Of a stretch of 7,994 nucleotides of DNA, positions 1-6,515 are shown in pieces. The DNA is from Octopus sinensis. Lineage: Eukaryota. Made by a program: the position numbers and the translations under genes. The notes under the pieces are model-generated. The model was given only the letters and a program-made list of their open reading frames with translations, ran no database searches and had not been told where the DNA came from. Location of the stretch: NCBI RefSeq assembly GCF_006345805.1, contig NW_021828603.1:1-7994 (forward strand), in the 5' to 3' direction. Within the stretch, counting starts at the first letter, position 1; every line of letters starts with the position of its first letter.

Positions 1-315
1 GAAATTGAACTCAGAACTAACGGCAGACGAAATGCCTATTTCTATTTCTTTACTATCCACAAGGGCTAAACACAGAGGACAAACAAGGACAGCAAACGGA
101 TTAAGTCGATTCCATCGACCTCAGTGCGTAACTGGTACTTAATTTATCGACCCTGAAATGATGAAAGGCAAAGTCGACCTCGGCGGAATTTGAACTCAGA
201 ACGTAAAGACAGACGAAATACCTGTTTCTTTACTACCCGCAAGGGGCTAAACACAGAGAGGACAAACAAGGACAGACAAACGGATTAAGTCGATTGCATC
301 GACTCCAGTGCGTAA

Positions 316-363
316 CTGGTACTTAATTTATCGACCCCGAAAGGATGAAAGGCAAAGTCGACC
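316..363 (-). other. Conserved central SINE domain, Deu/Nin-like, present in every family A monomer (this copy shown as the example)
   Basis: Minus strand GGTCGACTTTGCCTTTCATCCTTTCGGGGTCGATAAATTAAGTACCAG resembles, from memory, the GGTTGACTCAGCC(C/T)TTCATCCTTCC..GGT.GATAAA.TGAGT motif of AmnSINE1/Sauria-type SINEs. It needs a Dfam/Repbase alignment to confirm. Confidence 0.55.
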
Positions 364-745
364 TCGGCGGAATTTGAACTCAGAACGTAGCGGCAGACGA
401 AATACCTATTTCTATTTCTTTACTCTCCACAAGGGGCTAAACACAGAGGACAAACAAGGACAGAGAAACGGATTAAGTCGATTCCATCGACCTCAGTGCG
501 TAACTGGTACTTAATTTATCGACCTCGAGAGGATGAAAGGCAAAGTCGACCACGGCAGAATTTGAACTCAGAACGTAACGGCAGACGAAATGCCTATTTC
601 TATTTCTTTACTATCCACAAGGGGCTAAACACAGAGGACAAACAAGGACAGACAAACGGATTAAGTCGATTCCATCGACCTCAGTGCGTAACTGGTACTT
701 AATTTATCGACCCCGAGAGGATGAAAGGCAAAGTCGACCCGGGCG

Positions 746-819
746 GAATTTGAACTCAGAACGTAACAGCAGACGAAATACCTCTAAGCATTTCGCTCGG
801 CGTGCTAACGTTTCTGCCA
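746..819 (-). promoter_or_regulatory. Internal RNA polymerase III type-2 promoter of the head monomer (A box 809-819, B box 746-757)
   Basis: Minus strand TGGCAGAAACG resembles the tRNA A box (TRGCNNARYGG) and GAGTTCAAATTC resembles the B box (GGTTCRANNCC). Activity is not shown. Confidence 0.6.
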
Positions 820-859
820 GCTCACCACCTTAGCAAGACAAATATTGACATACAAAGAT

Positions 860-878
860 ACACACACACACACACACA
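860..878. repeat. (CA)n microsatellite
   Basis: Directly visible CA run. Confidence 0.9.
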
Positions 879-880
879 GA

Positions 881-1101
881 TATTCTAGGCACAAAGCCCG
901 AAATTTTGGGGGTGGGGTGGGGGGAGATAGGGCCAGTCGATTAGATCGACTCCAGTACGCAACTGGTATTTAATTTATCGACCTCGAAAGGATGAAAGGC
1001 AAAGTCGACCTTGGCGGAATTTGAACTCAGAACGTAGCGGCTGATGAAATACCGCAAAGCATTTCGCCCGGCGTGCTAACGTTTCTGCCAGCTCGCCGCC
1101 T
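881..1101 (-). mobile_element. SINE family A monomer with alternative 3' tail (tail type 2)
   Basis: Same head and body as 680-831 (A box, B box GAGTTCAAATTC at about 1017-1028, central domain). Beyond GTCGA-N5-TCGAC (936-950) the sequence is unrelated to tail type 1 and instead matches 2941-2990 (gcacaa(a/g)gcc..aattttggggg). Confidence 0.85.
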
Positions 1102-1130
1102 TTGCTAGACAAATATTGACCTACAAAGAT

Positions 1131-1516
1131 GGATGGGAGCACTTTGTCGGTTACAACAACGAGGGTTCCGGTTGATCCGAATCAACGGAACAGCCTGCTC
1201 GTGAAATTAACGTGTAAGTGGCTGAACACTCCACAGACACGTGTACCCTTAACGTAGTTCTCGGGGATATTCAGCGTGACACAGAGAGTGACAAGACCGG
1301 CCCCTTGAAATACAGGTACAACAGAAACAGGAAGTAAGAGTGAGAGAAAGTTGTGGTGAAAGAGTACAGCAGGGATCACCACCATCCCCTGCCGGAGCCT
1401 CGTGGAGCTTTAGGTGTTTTCGCTCAATAAACACTCACAACGCCCGGTCTGGGAATCGAAACCGCGATCCTATGACCGTGAGTCCGCTGCCCTAACCACT
1501 GGGCCATTGCGCCTCC
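1131..1516 (-). mobile_element. Full-length tRNA-derived SINE family B (386 bp) with perfect 12-bp target-site duplication
   Basis: ACCTACAAAGAT at 1119-1130 and 1517-1528. Minus-strand head GGAGGCGCAATGGCCCAGTGGTTAGGG with A box at 1496-1506 and B box GGTTTCGATTCC at 1452-1463, tRNA-Arg-like by eye. A 3' stem-loop lies at 1166-1190 (TTCC-G-GTTGAT-CCGA-ATCAAC-GGAA). It may belong to the known octopus OR/OK SINE families (not verified). Confidence 0.9.
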
Positions 1517-1728
1517 ACCTACAAAGATACACACACACACACCGATACGTACATACAGAAATAATTATCTGACGAAGCGGATTGATGAACATAGAAGCAG
1601 TGAAGTTAGTGTTAACGTATTTATTACGGGTAACATTAAAAGCTAACTCATAATAATTATGTACTGAGAGAGATGCATAAATAACTATTAACAAGTAGAA
1701 AGGAAACGTCAAGGCAATGCTACACGAG

Positions 1729-1876
1729 GAGCTTCTGCACAGTTTCCCTCCTACCGACCAATTTTTCGACATTAGTCGAGCGATGGCTATTAGTTGAAAA
1801 CACTTGCGTAAGGTACTGCGCAGGAAGACTGAACCCGGAACCACCTAGTTGCAAAATGAGCTTCTTAACCACACCG
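1729..1876 (-). mobile_element. Degenerate older copy of SINE family C
   Basis: The 17-mer GACTGAACCCGGAACCA at 1827-1843 is identical to 3681-3697. Collinear similarity to 3580-3730 (gcttct..cagtttcc, acacttgc..aa(g/a)gt). Confidence 0.7.
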
Positions 1877-2048
1877 CTTCTCATGAACATGATATAATTA
1901 CAATTATGTAATGTAATCACACAATCCGTCTTGCATGTTTATGAAAATATATTAAAATAAAATATGTTTAATCGCACCTGTTCTATTATGTTACAGATTA
2001 ACACTAACATGGTTGTTACCGGTTCGGTTTTTTTTGTGTGTGTGTATT

Positions 2049-2088
2049 TTTCTCTCTATCTATGTATCTACCTTTCTTTCTGTTTCTC

Positions 2089-2126
<38 letters not shown>

Positions 2127-2530
2127 TATCTATCACTCTATCTATCTATCTATCTCTCTTTCTCTCTCTCACTTATTCACTCACTCACTCTTTCTCCCTC
2201 TAAATATCTATCTATGTCTCTCTCACTCTCTCTCTTTCTCTCTCTCACTCTCTATCTGTCTGTCTGTCTATCTATCTATCTAACTATGTCTTTCTCTCTT
2301 TCTCTCTCTCCCACTATCTATCTATCTCTATCTATTTATCTATGTCTCTCTTCCTCTCTCTCACTTATTCACTCACCCACTCACTCTTTCTCTCTCCCTC
2401 TAAATATCTATCTATGTCTCTCTCTCCCTCTCTCCGTTTCTCCCTCTTCCTCTCCCCTCTCTCTCTCTCTCTCTCTCTAAGTATGCATATCTGTCTATCT
2501 TTCTCTCTGCTTTCTCTTTCTCCTTTTTCC
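2049..2530. repeat. Compound (CT)n/(CTAT)n polypyrimidine tract with an internal ~190-200 bp duplication
   Basis: ACTTATTCACTCAC at 2171 and 2363; TAAATATCTATCTATGTCTC at 2201 and 2401. Confidence 0.9.
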
Positions 2531-2793
2531 TACTTGTTAATATTCATTTTCACATCTCTCTCATTACATAATCATTACTCGTAAGCTTTTACTGCTCCCC
2601 GTAGTAAATACATAAACACTCACTTCAATGCCACAACGTTCGCCAATCCGCTCCATCAGATAATTATTTCTGGTTAATGTTTTTAAACCACGCTCAATAA
2701 ATATGCTAAAACTAATTTATCTATAAAACAAATTCTCTGAAACAGACTAACCGGAAGCTCTAATTTCATGGCATTGAAAAGATTTCTTTACAT

Positions 2794-2940
2794 CAATGGT
2801 TCTCACCCGGCGATCATTGACCCATGGGGGGTGGAGGTCCATGTAAGATTTTGTTGTTAAAATTTATGTGCAACAAAATGGTTACACTTCTAGAATACAC
2901 AAAATATTTCAACAACATTTTTATACAATTCCTAATAACA
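2794..2940. mobile_element. Possible left part of a hAT/Charlie-like non-autonomous DNA transposon, interrupted at 2940
   Basis: Begins CAATGGTTCTCACC, close to the CAGTGGTTCTCAA terminus typical of hAT-Charlie MITEs, followed by GG(A/G)GGTCC-like subterminal motifs. No convincing matching right terminus was found. Confidence 0.35.
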
Positions 2941-3140
2941 CTTTCTACTAAATGCACAAGGCCTGGAATTTTGGGGGAGGGGGATTAGCCGATTGCATCG
3001 ATCCCAGTGTTTCATTGATACATAATTTATCGACCCCGAGAAGATGAAAAGCGAAGTCGATCTCGAACTGAGAACGTAGCGATGGGCGAAATGCCGCCAA
3101 GCATTACCAGTTGGCTAACAATACTGCCAGCTCGCCACCT
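2941..3140 (-). mobile_element. Diverged SINE family A monomer, tail type 2, with B box disrupted by a short deletion
   Basis: Collinear with 881-1101 (aatttatcgacccc, gatgaaa, aagtcga, agaacgtagc, ctgccagctcgcc). About 10 nt spanning GCGGAATTTG are missing near 3065. Confidence 0.8.
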
Positions 3141-3141
3141 C

Positions 3142-3181
3142 AATAATGATGATGATGATGATGGTGTTGGTGATAATAGTA

Positions 3182-3215
<34 letters not shown>

Positions 3216-3240
3216 ATATATATATAATATATACATATAT
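3142..3240. repeat. (AAT/GAT)n followed by (TA)n microsatellite
   Basis: Directly visible. Confidence 0.9.
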
Positions 3241-3242
3241 AG

Positions 3243-3517
3243 GGAAGGGGTAAAGACCCCCTTCGGTCATGAATGACCATAGGATTGCACCTAGAAAGTT
3301 ACCCTCCTAGACACAAGTCTGGGCAAGGTTGTTTTATGGAAGACCAGCAGTCGCCCATGCATACCGGCCTCCCCTCTCCACGTCACCGATGTTGTCCAAG
3401 GGAAAGGCAAGGGCCGATACAGCTTGGCACCTGTGACGTCGCAACTCATTTCTACAGCTGAGTGAACTGGAGCAACGTGAAATAAAGTGTCTTGCTCAAG
3501 AACACAACACGCAGCCC
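3243..3517 (-). mobile_element. Headless CORE-type SINE body and tail
   Basis: Minus strand GTGTTCTTGAGCAAGACACTTTATTTCACGTTGCTCCAGTTCACTCAGCTGTAGAAATGAGT (3444-3505) resembles the CORE domain consensus. Two terminal hairpins: AAGGGG/CCCCTT (3245-3263) and GGTCAT/ATGACC (3265-3278). No tRNA head is present; a microsatellite sits in its place. Confidence 0.65.
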
Positions 3518-3526
3518 ACACAACAC

Positions 3527-3558
<32 letters not shown>

Positions 3559-3579
3559 GTATACATATATATACATATT
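3518..3579. repeat. (CA)/(TA)n microsatellite between the CORE-type body and SINE C
   Basis: Directly visible. Confidence 0.9.
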
Positions 3580-3737
3580 CGACGGGCTTCTTTCAGTTTC
3601 CGTCTACCAATTCCACTCACAAGGCTTTGGTCGGCCCGAGGCTACAGTAGAAGACACTTGCCCAAAGTGCCACACAGTGGGACTGAACCCGGAACCATGT
3701 GGTTGGTAAACAAGCTACTTACCACAGGGCCACTCCT
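3580..3737 (-). mobile_element. tRNA-derived SINE family C (head plus short CORE-like segment)
   Basis: Minus strand AGGAGTGGCCCTGTGGTAAG (A-box-like TGGCCCTGTGG), B-box-like GGTTCAGTCCC, then CACTTTGGGCAAGTG and a (TA)n(TG)n tail. Two diverged paralogues occur in the window. Confidence 0.85.
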
Positions 3738-3861
3738 AATCTAATAACATTTTTATAACAAATCTTACCCTGCCTACTGAGGAGGCCTACAGTCAACAAT
3801 GTATTGAAGCATTGAATCAAATGGATCTAACTCTTCTAATCCGATCTCTTGTCGTCACATA

Positions 3862-3905
3862 AACTCAATTTTTTTAATGGGGAGGTAACTCAATTTTTAA
3901 TGGGG
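3862..3905. repeat. Short direct duplication AACTCAA(T)nAATGGGG
   Basis: Copies at 3862-3882 (T7) and 3887-3905 (T5). Confidence 0.8.
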
Positions 3906-3930
3906 TTGAGATAACGAAAAAGTTACGAAC

Positions 3931-4058
3931 CAAATTCACTCATTCACTCATAAGACATTGGTCGGCCCGGCGTTATAGCTGGTGTCACGCAATGGGGCTG
4001 AACCTGAGACCACGTGGTTACAAATCGAAATTCTTAATAACAGAACCATGCCAGCGCT
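3931..4058 (-). mobile_element. Degenerate SINE family C copy with internal deletion
   Basis: TTGGTCGGCCCG at 3958-3969 equals 3627-3638; downstream gtgtcacgcaatggggctgaacc parallels gtgccacacagtgggactgaacc; the aagacacttgccc segment is missing. Confidence 0.7.
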
Positions 4059-4387
4059 GAAACGAGCATTTCCCACACATCTGATAAGTTAAAGAAAATC
4101 CAGGCTTCTATTTTCTACTCCGACATATTATCCATCCGGCCATTAAAAATTTGATGATCGTTATACTACAAACGGTGTAGAATTTCTGGTGTATTTCCTG
4201 AAGATTTTCGAGCTTTAAAGGTTTAAAGGAATGATTCTAAGGTTCCAAAGTTTCTGTGATCTGGTAGGTATTTCTGACGAAAATGGAAAAGACAGGTTAA
4301 AGCGCTTTAATTTTGTCTTTCATTTTTTTTTTTTTTTGTCATTTTTTAAACAAATCTTGTTTAGTTTTTTTTCTCATTTATTTTGAG

Positions 4388-4604
4388 TGTGTGTATGTGT
4401 GTGTGTGTGTGTGAATATGCATATGCATGTATATTTGTATGTATGTATATATATATTATATATATATATGTGGTGTGTGTGTGTGTATGTGTGTGTATGT
4501 ATATATATATGTATACGTATATATATATATATATATTTTTTTTAATTTTTATCTAGTTTCAGCTCACGAGCTGTGGCCATATTATATATATATATGTGTG
4601 TGTG

Positions 4605-4636
<32 letters not shown>

Positions 4637-4640
4637 CATA
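4388..4640. repeat. Compound (TG)n/(TA)n microsatellites
   Basis: Directly visible; interrupted by 4551-4580. Confidence 0.9.
4551..4580 (-). mobile_element. Short 3'-end remnant related to family D
   Basis: GTTTCAG-N8-CTGTGGCCAT (4556-4580) has the same motifs and the same 8-nt spacing as 5854-5878. Confidence 0.5.
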
Positions 4641-4751
4641 CATATAGATGCATATCTATCTGTCTATTTGTCTATCACGCTATCTATCTTGTTTCTATGT
4701 GTATGTTTCTCCCTCTATATATATACATGATAGTGACAGACAGACATAAAT

Positions 4752-4771
4752 CGATAGATAGATAGATAGAC

Positions 4772-4816
<45 letters not shown>

Positions 4817-4843
4817 TATAGATAGATAGATAGATAGATAGAT
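4752..4843. repeat. (GATA)n tetranucleotide microsatellite
   Basis: Directly visible, nearly perfect. Confidence 0.95.
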
Positions 4844-4982
4844 GCGTATACACAATACACATACACACATCCTTTTGTATGTAATTCTTGACCATAAAAT
4901 GAAGTAGACAAGTTAAACCAAGTACGATATTGAATGGTATTTGTTCTTTCATTCTTCTATTCTCTTTTTCAACTCATCCACC

Positions 4983-5098
4983 TAACAGCACGCGACCGTT
5001 TTCAATATATATTTTGTATAGACCGCCATTGGTAGTGGAAATGTTCCGACCTCCGATGAGCTGTTCAGAAAAATATTGAAACGTCTCGTGTGCTGTTA
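4983..5098. mobile_element. Possible MITE-like element or long hairpin: 26-bp imperfect terminal inverted repeats
   Basis: TAACAGCACGCGACCGTTTTCAATAT (4983-5008) pairs with ATATTGAAACGTCTCGTGTGCTGTTA (5073-5098); both ends carry TA. Confidence 0.4.
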
Positions 5099-5139
5099 AA
5101 TCAATATATAGTATAAATATATGTAGAAGATAGGGAGAC

Positions 5140-5195
5140 AAGTGAGAGAGAGAGAGAGAGAGAGAGTTAGAAAAGGTGTGTATGTGTGTGTGATG
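5140..5195. repeat. (GA)n and short (TG)n microsatellites
   Basis: Directly visible. Confidence 0.85.
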
Positions 5196-5394
5196 GGGTT
5201 GGATATGTGTGTTTTGCTTTTATTTATTCATTGGTGAATGATCAAAGAATCAACTTCCAAACTGTCGAAAATTTATTTAATCTGTTCAACTTGTAAGTTA
5301 AAAACAAGCGCAACACCTCGCCACGAACGTGCTCACAGACAGCCGCAGCACATACATTTGTCTCAAGTTAGAAGTTTGTTTAGTAAACAGATCA

Positions 5395-5445
5395 TACACA
5401 TATACACACACACATATGTGTAGGTATATACGTGCGTATGTATAA

Positions 5446-5512
<67 letters not shown>

Positions 5513-5524
5513 TATGTATGTATG

Positions 5525-5557
<33 letters not shown>

Positions 5558-5827
5558 TGTATGTATGTATGTATGTGTGTGGTGTATGTATTATGTATGG
5601 ATGTATGTATTATGTATGTATGTATGTATGTATGTACGTATGTATGTATGTATACGCATGAGTATACACTGATACATAAGTATATATGTTATATACATGT
5701 ACATAGAGTCACACGTAAGTAGAGACACGTTTTAACAACATACATATACATATATATACACACACACAAATATATATATATATATGTATGTATGTGTATC
5801 TGTGTGTGCGTGTACACTCATATATAT
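5395..5827. repeat. Compound (TA)n/(TATG)n/(CA)n microsatellite
   Basis: Directly visible. Confidence 0.95.
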
Positions 5828-6045
5828 ACTCTTCAATCTTTACTCTTTTATTTGTTTCAGTCATTTAACTGTGGCCATGCTGGAGCACCGCCTTTAGTCG
5901 AGCAAATCGACCCCCAGGACTTATTCTTTGTAAGCCTAGTACTTATTCTATCAGTCTCTTTTGCCGAAACGCTAAGTTACGGGGACGTAAACACACCAAC
6001 ATCGTTGTCAAGCGATGTTGGGGGGACAAACACAGACACATAAAC
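5828..6045 (-). mobile_element. SINE-like 3' module, family D (no tRNA head in this copy)
   Basis: Shares GTCGA-N5-TCGAC (5897-5911) and CTAGTACTTATTCTATC (5937-5953; 14/17 identical to family A CTGGTACTTAATTTATC) with family A in the same orientation. It ends on the minus strand in an AAAAGAGTA-like tandem tail. Confidence 0.7.
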
Positions 6046-6046
6046 A

Positions 6047-6305
6047 GAATTTGAACTCAGGACGTAACAGCAAACGAAATATCTATTTCTTTACTATCCA
6101 CAAGGGGCTAAACACAGAGGGGACAAACAAGGACAGACAAACGGATTAAGTCGATTATATCGACCCTGGTACGTATTTAATCGACCCCAAAAGGATGAAA
6201 GGCAAAGTCGACCTCGACGGAATTTGAACTCAGAACGTAACAGCAGACGAAATACCGCGAAGCATTTTTCCCGGCGTGCTAACGACTCAGCCAGCTCGCT
6301 ACCTT
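6047..6305 (-). mobile_element. SINE family A, tail type 1: full monomer (6084-6305) plus the start of a second head-truncated monomer (6047-6083)
   Basis: Collinear with 558-831; junction CGAAATATC|TATTTC at 6083/6084; short internal deletion near 6165. Confidence 0.9.

Positions 6306-6515
<210 letters not shown>

Larger units (their letters stand above)
1..831 (-). mobile_element. Tandem concatemer of tRNA-derived SINE family A (tail type 1): one full monomer with head (595-831), three head-truncated monomers (407-594, 223-406, 37-222) and a partial one (1-36) continuing beyond the window
   Basis: GAA(A/T)TTGAACTC recurs at 1, 186, 370, 558 and 746 (periods 185, 184, 188, 188). The minus strand reads A-box-like TGGCAGAAACG (809-819) once, B-box-like GAGTTCAAATTC in every monomer, and a short (GAAATA)1-2 tail. 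The SINE call rests on the Pol III boxes, the dispersed copies in this window and the simple-repeat tail. Confidence 0.9.

Noticed and set aside
308-702. Two near-identical 68-aa ORFs (308-514 and 496-702)
   Set aside because: They are the antisense reading of consecutive SINE monomers (188-bp offset), start at GTG, and the equivalent frame is disrupted by indels in other monomers.
1-780. CRISPR-like or satellite-only interpretation of the regular array
   Set aside because: There are no unique spacers, the unit is about 186 bp, and it is continuous with a Pol III SINE head and has dispersed copies in the window.
1041-1050. CTGATGA followed by AAT, resembling a hammerhead core
   Set aside because: Present in one copy only (others read CAGACGA), and there is no stem II followed by GAAA or a compatible stem III.
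1440-1516. Possible functional tRNA gene
   Set aside because: A and B boxes are present, but the arms do not fold into a proper cloverleaf and the sequence continues into a 386-bp TSD-flanked SINE body.
1964-2584. Overlapping S/L-rich ORFs
   Set aside because: Translations of (CT)n/(CTAT)n repeats, open in several frames simply for lack of stop codons.
3904-3935. GGTTGAGA / AAAAAGTTACGAACCA as the right terminus of the hAT-like element
   Set aside because: Match to the reverse complement of the left terminus is too partial and no 8-bp TSD can be identified.
5052-5078. CCGATGAG...GAAA inside the inverted repeat, hammerhead-like
   Set aside because: The core has C in place of U4, the base before GAAA cannot pair with G10.1, and no UH cleavage triplet with stem III can be built.
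5295-5300. GTAAGT splice-donor-like motif (also near 5716)
   Set aside because: No convincing acceptor or open exon upstream; isolated hexamers are expected by chance.
3027-5722. Y/I/V/C/M-rich short ORFs
   Set aside because: Derived from (TA)n, (TG)n, (GATA)n, (TATG)n and SINE sequence; no recognisable domain or splice-consistent structure.
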